DNA of 64,000 nucleotides from Hypanus sabinus (Eukaryota): contig NC_082712.1 of assembly GCF_030144855.1 (NCBI RefSeq), positions 65,286,001-65,350,000 on the forward strand. Reading direction: 5' to 3'. The notes beneath the pieces are model-generated. The model was not told the origin of the DNA. It ran no database searches and worked only from the letters and a program-made list of their open reading frames with translations. A program made the translations under genes and the position numbers. Below are positions 1 to 12,886 of this stretch, piece after piece; position 1 is the first letter of the stretch; each line of letters starts with the position of its first letter.

Positions 1-59
1 CCAAACTCTGAGTTTAATAAGAGTTTGAGAATGCCAGGCATAAGAAACACTCAGTGGCT

Positions 60-1500
60 CGGTCACACTAACAGCTCTGACAGCCCATCAGTTAGGAAGT
101 TGGTGGGTTGGTGGGTGTGGGTAGGCCATCTTGTGAGTGAATCCGGTTGCCTGCATTGAGATGGCCCCAGTGCACTGCTGCTCTGCCATGGTGCCTGGAC
201 ACAGACTCCCCATAAAAGACTAAGCGTGGGGACCTTACTGCAACAGTGGCCTGGCCTGGGCAAGGGGGCCAAGGGCAGTTGGGCTGTAACTTCAGGACAG
301 TTGGTAGATCTGGCCCAATAACTCCGTGTTCATGGAATGAAGATCTCCTTGTCTCTGCTCTGGAACTTTTGCTGGTTACCTTAATTATGTCCTGTGGAGC
401 TCCTCGCCCCAACAGTGGAGGTAATTGCTTCCCACCTTCTCATTCAGAGCCCCTGTGCTTATTGAAACTTTGATGGAAAGGAATCCTGCATTGATATAAT
501 CCCCACTCCTGACCTCTGTATGCCCAGAATCAGCTTTCTCAAAGTCCTTCTAACAAGACCATCTCATATTCTCAGGCTATCTCCAAGGTTTTGATGTCCT
601 CTGCCAAAAACAGGACACAGTACAACAGCCAATGCTTCATGGCGGATTTATAGGGTGAAACTACCATATATTTGTATTGGGAAAGCCTGCAGGGCTGATG
701 GAAGGACATCAAGAGGCTGAAATCTAGGTTTGGTGTTATGCAGTAATACTTTGTATCTGCACCACTGAGATCAATGTGTGATACAGATGATGGAGGTATG
801 CTCCTACACTGTCAGCTTATCAACTTGACGGACAATGTACCAGCGTTTGCTTGACTTACATATGCCTGCCTGATTGATGCCAATCTAAGGAATCCAAGCT
901 CAGTTCCTGGTTCTGATTTGATGTTCCTCCAGCCCTAGCAGGAATTCCAATGCTGAATTGTCCATGTAGTATAGACTAGTTTACTGAGTTTTGCCCAAGC
1001 CATGTTGTATCAAAGTGCTGGTCTGCTGACCCGGACCTCCTGCACGATCTGCCCTGGAGGTGCTGAACATACCAAGTGTTGTCACATCCAGGCTGCGAGC
1101 TGCTCATTGGTTACTGAGTAGCTTCAAGAAAGAGTTTGCAAAGAGAAGTGTCACCACTGATTACATGAATTCTCCTGCTGTAGTCTCTGAGATGGGCTGC
1201 TGTCGGTTCAAGTCTTGCTCAAGGTCTAACGCCTTCACCGATGCAGCCTGACATTTTGTGCTGAACAAAGGGAATGCACCTCTGTCAGAAATGCCAGTTG
1301 ACACAGATGAGACCTTGGTATAGTTTATTGTCAGCACATCCAGAGAGATAATGCAGATTTAATTCCTGTTGCTTTGAGTTCTTCGGTCCCTGATAAACAG
1401 CAGGTTGTGGAGCACAGTTTACTTCAGCACGGTGTGCACGAGGCTGAACTGCGACTGGGTCTCATCGGATGAAACCACAGCTAGGTAACCTAAATCCTGT
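60..1500 (-). mobile_element. Highly decayed Tx1/L1-clade LINE ORF2, 3' part
   Basis: Minus-strand peptide remnants in the expected order: PARAGGTSNQNQE (cf. RAGACTKNWEE), PYKSAMKHWLLYCVL (cf. DHKSIRQWSARNVL), FNKH, NCPWPPCPGQATVA (cf. RCPRSGCGGEETVAH). Many stops and frameshifts. Confidence 0.35.
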
Positions 1501-1644
1501 GCCAACTATCTGACATTGTGCGGGATGGTACCACACACTGATCTTCTCCGAACACTTAATTCTCCCCTTCGCCTTCTGATCTTTACCTCTGGTCTGCTCC
1601 AATGACCTTCTGATCTTCCCCCTACCAGCACCTTTCAACCTCTG

Positions 1645-2040
1645 TTTCACACACAAAATGCTAGAAGAACTCAGCAAGCCAGGCAGCATCTATGGAAAGG
1701 AGCAAACAGTTGGCATTTCAGGCCAAAGCCCTTCATCAGGATTGGAAAGAAAGAGGAAAAGTCAGAATTAGAGGGTGAAAGGAGGGGAGGAAGAATTACA
1801 AGGTAGTCAGTGATAGGTGAAACTGGGAGAGGGGGAGGAGTGAAATAAAGAGCTGGGAAGTTAATTGGTGGAAGAGATAAAGGGCTGGAGAAGGGGGAAT
1901 CTGATAGGAGAGGACAGAAGACCATGGAAGAAAGGGAAGGAGGAAGAGCATCAAAGGGAGGTGAAAGGCAGGTAAGGAGAAAATGTGAGAGAGGGAAACA
2001 GGAAAGGAGAATGTTGAAAGAGAGGAGAGTGGGCTATTAA
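1645..2040 (-). mobile_element. Penelope-like element 3' end/pLTR remnant with degenerate hammerhead motif
   Basis: cacacacaaaatgctagaagaactcagc...gcagcatctatgg head plus purine-rich tract. Near-identical organisation at 56135-56500, which continues into GIY-YIG coding remnants. Confidence 0.7.
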
Positions 2041-3054
2041 GTTTCTTGAGCAGTTCTGACCGTGCCAAGTGTGGAAGGGAAGATCCAGTCGAAATATCAC
2101 AGCATTTGATGAGTCAGGCAGGCACCAGCAAGTCAGAGACAACACCTGGGCACCCAGTAGACCAGCCCTTTTCCAGAACACCTCTTGGCAGAAAATCATC
2201 GTTTTATTTGTCTTCATCTTCTTCAGGCCTCTTCTTCATTCTCCTCTCTTCCAGATTTTGGCCGCATCATTTGCCCAATACTGAGGACCCTTTAACCAAC
2301 TATTAACAATAGTGGCCCAGACTTCTACAGCACCTTCACAAATGCGCTTTGTGCTCAGCAAGGTGCAATGGAAGTTTTGTGACTCAGACAGGGAACTAAC
2401 TTGCAATGTATATGTAACCAGGGTGAGCTTGTATCATTTAACAGAGTTAGTGTTTGTCAAAGTTATAACTTTTCTCAAAGATATACCTTTGTTGAATTTT
2501 TTAAGTTGGTATCTCATAGCTGATTTTTATCAAGGTTTGAATATTTATTTCTGTTTTCAGTTTCATGTTTATGGTTAGATTTGATCTTAGTCTGTTGATT
2601 TGGGACTGTTGTTAAGTAGCTATAAGGCTGGCATATCAATAAATCCAGATATCACGATGCTGTTTACGTGGAAGTAGTCCTTATGTCCCAAAATGTCATG
2701 CATTATGGAGAAGGTAATATAAGACTTAAAGGTTTTTCTGGTAGTTGGTTAAAAGCCTGGAGATCCCTTGAAGCTCAGAGCAACTATAGTTGAAATGTTC
2801 TGGTTGATATGTGTGAAAGCTGAACAGTTTAAGCAATATTTGAGAACAAAAATAACCCAGCGAGATGATGGCAACTCTTTGCATGAAGCTCCAATAGGAA
2901 TCATCAAATATTCCCATTTAGGACTATTGAGGCTGAAGTCCACAGTCACTACAAAGTAAGCAGCATCATTTTAAGACGTTTAAAAAAAAATCTTATCGAC
3001 ACTCAAAATGAACAAACCTCGGATGGTTCTTCTACTCCCAGCACATCGGCAAAG

Positions 3055-5190
3055 ACTAAAGACTGCAGCACAGGTGGTGAGGACCAAAGAGGTATGGTCA
3101 AGGGAGGCAGAGGAGGTCTTTACAGGACTGCTTTGAGTTGGTGGACTGGGCAATGTTCAGGAATTCATCTTCAAGTCTAAATGAACACACCACAGTTGTC
3201 ACCGACTTCATCAAAAACTGTGCGGATGAATGAGTCCCTTTAAGGACATACTGGACATACCCAAGTCAAAAGCTGTGGGTGAACCAGGAGATTCATAGTG
3301 TGCTGGCTGTGGCATTCTAGACCGATGATCCAGAACTATACAAGAAGTCTGAGTACGACCTACAGAAGACTATCTTAAGAGCGAGTAGACAATTCCGATT
3401 GAGGTTAGAATCAGAATCAGATGGACGTCAGCAGAGTTTGCAGGCTGTTATTTCCTACCAAGAGAAACCTAATATCATGAATGGCAGTGATGCTTCACTC
3501 CCAGATAAGCTCAACGCCTTTATTCATGCTTTGAAAGGAAAAATAAAACTACGCCAGCATCCAGTGTACTTGTGATCTATGTCTTGGAGGCTGATGTCAG
3601 AACATCTTTCATGAGGGTGAACCCGTGGAAGGGATCAGGCTCTGACTGTGTACCTGGTGGGGTTCTGAATGTTCATGGACACCTTCAGTCTCTCACTGCT
3701 GCAGTTGGAGGCTCCAACCTGCTTCAGAAGGACGAAAACCGTACCATTGCTCAAGAAGAGCAGGCTGAGCTGCCTCAACAACTATCACCCAGTGGCACTC
3801 ACATCTACTCTGATGAAGTGCTCTGAGAGTTTGGAGATGGCTAGAATCAACTGACGAAACAAGGACCAGGCCGCACTGCAATTTGCCTATCGCCACAATA
3901 AGTCTATTATAGATGCAATCTTGTTGATATTCCACTCAGCCTTGGATTACCTGGACAACAACGTCTTTTTATTGGCTACAGCTCAGTGTTTAACACAATC
4001 ATACCCTCAGTTCTAACAAGAAAACTCCAAAACCTGGGCCCCTGTACCTCCCCCTGCAACTGGATCCTTTTCTTTATCTGCAGAAGACCACAGTCAGTGC
4101 GAATCCGAAACAGCATCTCCTCCTTGCTGACAGTCAACACTGGCACACCTTAAGGATGTGTGCTTAGAACAGTCTTCTACTCTCTCTATGGCCATGAATA
4201 TATAGCCAGGCACAGCTCAACACCAACTACAAATTTTCCGATGACACAACTATTGTTGGCAGAATTTCAGGTGGTGAAGAAGAGCAAAATAGATCTGTTG
4301 GTTGAGTGGTGCTGCAAGAACAACCTTGCAGTCCACATAGGTAGGACCAGGAAACTGATTGTGGGCTTCAGGAAGGGGAAGTCAAGGGAACCCATACCAA
4401 TCCTCATCGAGTGATCAGCAGGGGAAAGGGTGAGCAGCTTCAAGTTCCTGGGTGTCAACATCTCTGAGGATCTATCCTGGGCCCAGCATATTGATGCAAT
4501 TACAAAGAAGGCATGACAGCGACTATATTTCATTAGGAGTTTGAAGACATTTGGTATGTGACCAAAGACACTCGCAAATTTCTACAGCTATACTGTGGAG
4601 AGCATTCTGGGTGGTTGCATCAATGTCTGGTATGGAGGGGCCTCAGCACAGGATTGGGAAAAGCTGCAGAAAGTTGTAAACTCAGCCAGTTCCATTATGG
4701 GCACTAGTCTCCCCAGCATCGAGGACACTTTCAAAAGGCGATGTCTCAAAAAGGTGGCATCCATCATTAAGGATCTCCATCACCAGGCCATGTCTTCGTT
4801 TCATTGCTACCATCAAGCAGGAGGTACAGGAGTCTGAAGACACACACTCAATGTTTCAGGAACAATTTCTTACCCCCTGCCATCAGATTTTTGAAAGGAC
4901 AAATAACAAATGAACATTTCCTCAGTTTTTTTTCCTTTTTCTGCANNNNNNNNNNNNNNNNNNNNNNNNNNNNNNNNNNNNNNNNNNNNNNNNNNNNNNN
5001 NNNNNNNNNNNNNNNNNNNNNNNNNNNNNNNNNNNNNNNNNNNNNNNNNNNNNNNNNNNNNNNNNNNNNNNNNNNNNNNNNNNNNNNNNNNNNNNNNNNN
5101 NNNNNNNNACTATGTATTGCAGTGCACTGATGCTGCAAAACAACAAATTTGACTACATACGCCTGTGAGGTTAAACATGATTCTGATTTC
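3055..5190 (+). mobile_element. Rex1/Babar-clade LINE, 5'-truncated and decayed (RT region and 3' tail), spanning an assembly gap
   Basis: Peptides PTCFRRTKTVPLLKKSRLSCLNNYHPVALTSTLMKC, ESILGGCINVWYGG and LPSSRRYRSLKTHTQCFRNNF; tail ends in attctgatt. Confidence 0.85.
4946..5108. other. Assembly gap (163 N)
   Basis: Run of N within the LINE 3' UTR. Confidence 1.
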
Positions 5191-6202
5191 TCACTGAAAC
5201 CACTGGTCAGTAAAAGGAAAAAGTGGTGTCTGCTGCCATCTGCTGGTAGCACTGAGAAGTGAAGAAGCAAAGGTTTCCTGAATTCAATTCAGTGAAGAAT
5301 TGGATGCTGAGTGAGGCTGGTGTTCAACAGGTAAATTTAATGGCATCAAGGGTATAAAAGCAGATATAACATATACTTAACAAATAAAACTTGACACCAA
5401 ACCACGTTTGACCAAACAACTTGTCGAAGGAGTAGGATTTAATAAACTCCTTGATAGAGGGAATGATAGTTGGAGGTGTTCAGGAAGGAAATCCCAGAAT
5501 GCTGAGTCTTCTCGTCTCTAGGCAAGTTTTCCAGTGGTATGCTGAGTAAATCTGTGATGCTCAAGAGGTCAGAGTTGCAGGAGAGATGAGAAGCTAGAGA
5601 TCTGTAGAAGGGTGAGAATACAGAAGCAAGAAACAGACGAGGAAATTGGGGATTTCAGAACAAAAGTTGAGGATTCTAATCTCGGTGTTTCTCAGTGGGG
5701 AGCTACATGAGGTCAGGGATGAAGGGTGATGATTAAACATCACATGGTATGTGTAAGATTATGACAACAGAGTTTTGTGTGACTTCAGGTTTATGACTGT
5801 TCAAAGCAGCACTGTGAAAGGCAGAATATTGGGATAGTCGAGCCTGTAATTGTGATTAGTAGTAAATCACTTCCTCACAAAACTGTAATGTCACAAATGG
5901 CTAGAGAATGATGACTGTCTGTGGAATTGATTCTCTATTTCTATTGCATTGTTTGCAAAGCATAAGAACTGAAACTCGACACCATCCCTGGAATCTCCTC
6001 TTCCCACAGCCTCCTGAATTTAACCCTTGCACTATTAGCAGCCATGCCTACAAGCTGGGCAGTGCCCCAGTCCCTAAACCTCTCTAACTCTCCAGCCCCT
6101 TCTTCCTGGCCAAAACATACCAAGCTTTTATTGATATGTAGATCAATTATCTCTGATTGATAATACCACATTACAAAGCTGAGAGATGTCTCAAGTGATT
6201 TT

Positions 6203-6410
6203 ACAGATGCTGGAAATCATACAAAATGCTGAAGGAACTCAGTGAGTTAGGCAGCATCTAGGGAGGGAAATAACCAGATGACATTTTTTGGGCCGAGAAC
6301 TTTCATCTTGACCGACTTAGGAGGCTGAGATCCTTTTGGCTCAAAACATTGACTGTTCATTCCCTCTGCAGATGTTGCTGGGTCTGAGCCCCTCTAGCAT
6401 TTAGTGTGTG
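6203..6410. mobile_element. Palindromic (inverted-arm) Penelope-derived mini-element
   Basis: Left arm acaaaatgctgaaggaactcag...gcagcatct and inverted right arm agatgttgctgggtctgagcccctctagcatttagtgtgt. Confidence 0.6.
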
Positions 6411-6676
6411 GTGAAAGCTCAGGGATTAAAGTTTACCCTGCAGAAGGTGGGTACACCACTCTGGGTGGTGCCGCAGCAAACTTTCCAGCCCAGTTGTACC
6501 AGTCATCCTTTTAAAGCACAGAGCTGCATTGGTATTGTTCCCAAACTTGGAGCGGGTCCTGACAGAGGGCTAATTTGAACCAGCAGCCAGTTCTGGAAAC
6601 TATGCTGGCCCCTGCCAGTCAGAACTGTGCTGGGGGCAGTCACTAGAGGAAGCGCAGGTGACAAGACACCAATTAT

Positions 6677-6874
6677 TCCTTTTACTGACCAGCGGTTTCA
6701 GTGAGAAATCAGAATCGTGTTCAACGTCACAGGTGTATGTAGTCAAATTTGTTGTTTTGCAGCATCAGTGCACTGCAATACATAGTAATAAAACTATAAA
6801 TTATAATATATATGAATTAAATAACTAGTGCAAAAAAAGAAGGAAAAAAACTGAGGAAATGTTCATTTGTCCTT
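6677..6874 (-). repeat. Inverted local copy of the LINE tail plus flank at 4895-5220
   Basis: The reverse complement matches 4895-4945 and 5109-5219, including ttctcactgaaaccRctggtcagtaaaagga beyond the LINE end. Confidence 0.85.
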
Positions 6875-6939
6875 CTACAAGCCTGAGTATCCCTTGCTTT
6901 GCCTCTGCCCAGGTGACCAATGCCCCTACCTGGCAAAAC

Positions 6940-7335
6940 CTCCTCCTAGATCCTTGGCTTCTGCAGTTTGACTAAGAGGCATGGGGATTCTCTGGAGGAT
7001 TTGGGGAGTAGTAGAGGAGGGTGTAGAAGATTGGTTGGAAGTCCGTGGAGGGGTTTTAGGGAGTGATCGAGGGCAATAAAGAAGGGTGGAGTAAATTGGA
7101 GGGATGATGAAAGATCCATGGAAGAACAGTGGAGGGGGTAGTAAACAGGAGGGGAAGAGTTTTGAGGATTGGAGGAGTGGGACAGGAGGGTGGAGGAGCA
7201 CTGGTGGAGGGTGGAACTGTAGGGTAAATTGGGGTCAGTCCATCCGTGTGATCTCAGAAAGCATACCTTCCTAGAAAAGGAGTCAGAATCTGGGACTATC
7301 TCCCTAAAAGCTCTCAAGACCGCAGATATTGTGTG
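6940..7335 (-). mobile_element. Old Penelope-like coding remnant
   Basis: Purine-rich plus strand. Minus-strand FHTISAVLRAF...FLRSHG resembles the region downstream of the Penelope RT. Confidence 0.35.
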
Positions 7336-9119
7336 AAATTTCAAGGTGGTAATTTTGAGATTTCTATTTGGTAAAGGCTGTAAAGGGTTGGTGGGTGGAA
7401 TTCAGATGTAAATCAGCCAATTGAAAGAGAAAGCATAGAAGAGAATGGCATAGCTCATCCCATATTCCTTTTCCACTGCCTCCAAGCATGGAGTGGTGCA
7501 CTCTTTGACTCTTTTCATGATTGCAAATCACTGCTGGATACTAAGGACATCAAGTACTACAGGTCTATCCTGTCATCAAGTTGCTCGATAGCAATGGAGC
7601 CGAACGTACCACATATCGTTGTTGTGTTATCACCTGGACTTGTTACACACCGTTGTGCTGAGATGGTGCGTAATCCAACAAACAGAGCGAGTGATTATCT
7701 TGGATGTTTTCATTTTGAACACAAGACTCCGTTGGAGATTGGTTATGTAGAATACTGCAAATCCAAGTCACTGGTCCATTGGCGACACCGACAGCGGGGC
7801 AGCTGTGTGGCCTCGGATGTGGCGAGGACTAGGCCGAAGCTATGGACTTATCTGCTGCAGTCACCCAGGTGAGAGGAACTGAGGCATTGTGGGAGAGCAC
7901 TGGAATTACCCAGGCTGGGGCTGGCCTCCGGTGTTTGCTCTGTAGAAGAACAAAGTGGACCAGGACAATTAAGCTACTCAGGGACCTGGGCAGTTTTTTA
8001 TTTTCTTTGTGACTGCATGCTTTTCTGAAATCGCAACTGCTTGTGCTGTGTACTGTTGGTAATATGATTTGCACCTTGGCTCCAGAGGAACACTTTTCAC
8101 TATATATTCATGTATGGCTGAATGATAATTAAACTTGAACTTGATAATCATTACAGGAAGTGGGGGGGGGGGGCGGAGTTGTGGTTCAGACACTTGTAGT
8201 CAGTGGAGATAGACTTTAACATATTAATCAGAGCCAGATGTGGACATTAATTGGAATTTCAAGGCAATGTCATCCGTTAGCATAAGTGTGCAGAACTGTA
8301 CTTCAGAAACTTAGTTCAATGATGTCCCAAGGATTTGAATCCCAGAAGTAGAGTTGAACTGTTAGGTGAATCCTTGTGCATAGGGTTGTTTTATTTGATT
8401 TGTAAATGTTTTGCAAAGTACTCAAAGGTTCAGGCTGCGGTTAGCAAGTGATTTAATGCATAGTCCGACTGCAGACATTCCTCAGTCACTGAGTGTGGGT
8501 CCTAGGCAGCTGAAGCACTTACTCAGGATTCAGGCTTGTGGGGAGATCAATCTATTAACCTTACACTGGGCAGCTGGGCTGGCCCTGTCCTCACTCCCCA
8601 CCGCACCAGGATAAATAAATCTGATTTGAGAACACCACCTGCCACAGCACTTCAGTCTGCTGACAGATTCCTCTGCCTTTTGTTCAGTGTCTGACATGCC
8701 AAGGGGCTTGAAAGGTGGAGCTGAGTGAACCCTCAGATCAGTCTAATTAACCTCCTACACCCTGTCACGTGTACGCACAGGAACAAACACACACACACAC
8801 CCACCGCAGAGGACCCATTCCTAACCTCATTCTCCCCTTCCTCCCCACCCCACCAGAATCTGACCGTCTCTGGCTGGGGTGCTTAAACTGACTAAAAAGG
8901 AATTTGTGGCATGGATTTAGGCCAAGATGAAAGCCCGGACAGGCTGGGACTGTACAACATAGAGTGTCTGGTGCAATCAGTACGGATGGGTTAAGCCGGC
9001 TGTGTTAGTGACACAACCATGCCATATTGGTGATTGGTTTTTTATTGTCACAGGTACTGGGATACAGTGAAAGGTTTTGTTTTGCATGTCATCCCGATCA
9101 TTCCTTAAAGTACATCTTT

Positions 9120-9345
9120 AGAGATAGAGCCCTTCCGTTCCAACAAGCCCACGTTACCCAGTTACACCTATGTGACTCATTAACCTACTAGTCTGTACAC
9201 CTTTGGAATACGGGGGGGAAACCGGAGCACCCAAAGGAAATCTATGTGATCACAGGAAGAGCATACGCACTCCTTACAGACAGTGGTGGGAATCGAACCT
9301 GGGTCACTGGTGCTGGAATAGTGTTAAACTAACTGCTACCATGCT
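9120..9345 (-). mobile_element. tRNA-derived SINE (HE1-like)
   Basis: B-box (ggttcgattcc on the minus strand, ~9288-9299); body ccggagcacccaaaggaaa shared with 63120-63350; CR1-type tail. Confidence 0.7.
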
Positions 9346-10179
9346 GCAGAAAGTAGAATGGAAGTAAAAGTGATAACAAAATGCTGAATATTGTGTCACA
9401 GTTACAGACAAATCAGTGCAGGCAGACAAATAAATTGCAAGGGCTATGATAGGACAGAGATGAAGAGCTCACCCTTATCCAACAACCAATCCAGAGCCTT
9501 GCAACAGAATTTAGGTTAATTTCCCCCAGTGGGGGAAAGAGTTGACGAGGGTTTCTGACAAAGGCAGCACTTCAAAAGCGGAGGCAGGCCTGAGAGTTGA
9601 TGCAAGGAAGCTTGGTTGCCTAGGCAATAGCTGATGGAAATCTGTTAGCTTCTCCCCTAAACTTGGGAAAGCCAGAAGCGTGTTTAAAAACTTCTGATGG
9701 TTAGAGGTAGAGACCTGAACAGGGAGTTAAGATGCAGAAGAATTATGAATGGTAGAGCTGACTAATTGTAAATTATCGTAGAATTCCACCCTTCATCCTC
9801 TGCTTTTAAGACATTCCTTTGTCTTGGAGTCAAAGAGCTCTAGTGTACATCAACTAGGCCCTCATGGCATTCTGGAGCCTTTCCATTTAAATAACGCTCA
9901 GGTTTTCTATACATCAAAGTGGATCATTTGATGTTTCCGCACTTTATACAGAGATTAGTGATAAATGGCTCTCAGGTACTTAATAAGCTGGTCCTGTTTG
10001 CCTGCATTTGGTCTAAAGCTGCTAAACTTCTTTGAACTTCTTTGAACTCATTGAAACTCGCATCTAAAATACAAGTGATAGAAGCATGTACTTACAATCT
10101 GAAATAAAAACAGAAAATGCTGAAATAATAATTTGGATTCTCTTTCCATACCTACCTTGCTGAGTGATTCAACAACTTC

Positions 10180-11268
10180 TCGTGGTGGTGCAGTCCGAAG
10201 TCCGTGGTCCAGTCTGCGGACTCCGGACTCCGGGTTCTCTGGCGGTTGCTTGCTGCGGTTGGACTTAACTAGAAACACCTGAGGCTCATATTGGAACTGG
10301 GAATATAAGTGGCCCTGGTATTGAGTGGGAGGGTGTCCTGTCAAGTCACGATACTCATAGTACAGGTGGCTGGTGGAAGGCTAGAATGGACTCTTGCCAT
10401 CCTTGGGGCTGTGTTGGAGAACCATGGTTTCTGGGGGCCTTGCTGGTAGTATTCAGAGTGGTCATTGTGGCATGGATTCAGCTGTTTCCTGGGCCAGCTG
10501 GGTGGCTGTCAGCCACTCCGAGCTAGGTAGGGATCTGGTTGCTTCTATAACCAGACAAGGCTGCTGGCTGTAATGGCTACTTGGAGCTACCCTGATGCAA
10601 AGGTGGAACTGTCTGTAGTTCCTTGGTGTTTGTCTCTTCTTGTCCTTGCCTCTGTGGGGTAAGTCTGGCCATTCTGCTGTTGCCCTGTGGAGGAATCTGT
10701 CTTGTCTTGTCTTTGCAACAACACACACAAAATGCTGGTAGAACACAGCAGGCCAGGCAGCATCTATAGGGAGAAGTGCTGTTGATGTTTTGGGCATCTG
10801 CAGATTTGTCTTGTCTTTGCCTCTGCTGGGTAGGTCAGTCTGTTCTGCTGTTACCTGATGGATGGTCCTGCCCCACCTTGGTGTGGAGTTGTAGATGAGT
10901 CCTGGCTTGTTGGAGGATAAGTCCCGACTCCATGTTGATGTACAGTTCCTAGTCTGCCCCTAGCTCCAGCCTCTGAGTTCCCCCAAGCCTTAAGACCCCG
11001 TCCCTAGCCAAGCCTTGTCATCCTCACCTGGGTTTGGGGGTCCGAGCCTGAGGCAAGACTCAGGTTCTGGGTCCTTGTCCAGTCTCAGGCCTGGAGTCCA
11101 CCCCAGGCTCCTTGTTCCCAGTCCCTCGTCCTGGTCCTAGACTGGAACAGTAGTTCCCCTGCCTAGACTGCATCCCATTCTGTCCTTGGGTTCCATCTCG
11201 TCCTGTTTCTGAGACTCCGGTGTCTGTGTCCAGCAGCTGGGTCCTGATTCAACACTTGACTTATGACA
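10180..11268. mobile_element. Solo LTR-like element (Gypsy-type) with 4-bp TSD CTTC
   Basis: GC-rich, internally repetitive 1.09 kb ending ...ttatgACA. cttc at 10176-10179 and 11269-11272. It interrupts an older palindromic repeat. Confidence 0.6.
10715..10806. mobile_element. Penelope-derived mini-insert nested in the solo LTR
   Basis: acacacaaaatgctggtagaacacagcaggccaggcagcatc... followed by inverted catctgcagat, flanked by the duplication tgtcttgtctttgc. Confidence 0.7.
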
Positions 11269-11329
11269 CTTCTGTCTTTAATTGAGCTGTAGAAAAAGTG
11301 GTGAAGATTCAGCAGGTGGGTTCCTGGGT

Positions 11330-11880
11330 TGGCAGTTATTTTGTCTGAGGGGAGACTGAGTAGACTAGGGCCCTGCTCATACTATTTAGAAGAATGAGAA
11401 GAGATCTCATTGAAACAAAGGAGATGCTTACTCTAGCAAAGGAGAGTAGAACTAGGGACCATGGTCTGAAAATAAAAGGTTGATTTTTTTAGGACTAAAA
11501 TGAGGAAACATTTCTTTGCTCAGAAGATGCTGAATTTTTGGAATTTCTTAAACAGGTAGCTGCAGAGGTTTTGATAGGGATGATATTCAAAACTGAGATC
11601 TATACATACAGTCCAGCAAAGCTGAAGACTCGAATGATATGAGGAGCAGACATGAAGAAGGTGTTGAGCAATAATCTCGGTGAATAGCAGAGCAGGCTTG
11701 AGAGGCCAAACAGCCTTCTGTTCCTGCTGAAGGGTCATGGCCTGAAATGTCGACTGTACTTTTTTCCATAGGTTCTGCCTGGCCTGCTGAGTTCCTCCAG
11801 CATTTCATGTGTGTTGCTTGGATTTCTAGCATCTGCAGGTTTTCTCTTGTTTGTCCTGTTCCTATTTTTATGTTCTTACA
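11330..11880 (+). mobile_element. CR1 3' fragment with a nested Penelope-derived mini-element (about 11722-11855)
   Basis: tttagaagaatgagaagagatctcattgaaac CR1 motif. The insert ctgctgaagggtcatggcctgaaatgtcgactg...tctgcaggttttctcttgtt is flanked by ctgttcct. Confidence 0.75.
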
Positions 11881-12489
11881 TAACTACTTTGACTATCTCC
11901 CCAACATGTCTTGTCAAGCACTTTCTCCAAAGCAATACACAAATGGAAGCTGCTGTTGCTCCATTTCCTCCTCCATTGTTCCTCTGGATCTTCCTCAATC
12001 CCCAGTCTGCTTTGCAATCTGCAATGGCAGATTGTGGCTTTCACTGAAATACCCCGTTGCCCCCATCCTTACTATGTTCACAGGTCCAGCAAATTAACTG
12101 GAGCAGCCTCTGCCCCTAGAACTATTCAGGTGTTTCCTGAACTAGACTGTTACTGCATGGAAAAGTCTGGGCACCTGTTCTGGATAGTTCCTTCTGTGAA
12201 GCTCCGGCAAGGCCATTCTACTGAACTGATGGCTCACCTGGCAATTTCCGAGGACAGTTCAGAGTCTGGAATCAGGCTGGGTAAGAGTGGCAGATTTTCT
12301 TTCCTAAAGGACATTAGTGAAATAACTAGGCTCATAACAACAAGGCAGTATCTCATGACCAAAGTACCAGAAGCTCTTTAAAAAATGCCTTGCCTATCCC
12401 TAGTGAATTGCAGTAAGCTTTGATTATATCTTTTCAACAGTTACTTGGTACTGCTTTGACATTTCTGAAATTGGTAACTCGGTAGATTG

Positions 12490-12850
12490 GTTTATTATTG
12501 TCACGTGTACTGGGATACAGAGTAAAACCTTGTTTTACAGGCCTTCAATGCAGATAATTTCATTGCAATATTGCATTGAGGTAGTTGAGGGAAAGTAATA
12601 ACAGAATGCAGAATGAAGTGCAGGGCGGGCAGACAACAGAGTGCAAGGCCATAATGAAGTAGACTGTGAGGTCCAGGGTCCACCCATTGTACTACAGTCC
12701 TGTTCAATATTGTAACAGTGGGATAGAAGTTGTCCTGGGGCAGAGACCAGTATGGATAGAGTCCATGGACGGGAGGTTGGTTCCTGTGATGTATTGAGGT
12801 TGTCCACAACTCTCTGCAGTTTCTTTTCAGAGGTGGTGATGTGACCGGTA
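12490..12850 (-). mobile_element. Rex1/Babar-type LINE 3' tail fragment
   Basis: ggtttattattgtcacgtgtactgggatacag...; the same tail family occurs at 9030-9110 and 40560-40700. Confidence 0.6.
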
Positions 12851-12886
12851 AAGTGAAGTTAAACTATAAATTCTGTTACTGTCTAC

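Noticed and set aside
720-800. Minus-strand ...SGADTKYYC... resembling an immunoglobulin V-domain F-strand
   Set aside because: No upstream Cys/Trp framework, an in-frame stop close upstream and no RSS; better explained as chance or LINE decay.
11911-12381. 156-aa ORF
   Set aside because: No recognisable domain or splice signals; it lies among repeat fragments and is within chance expectation.
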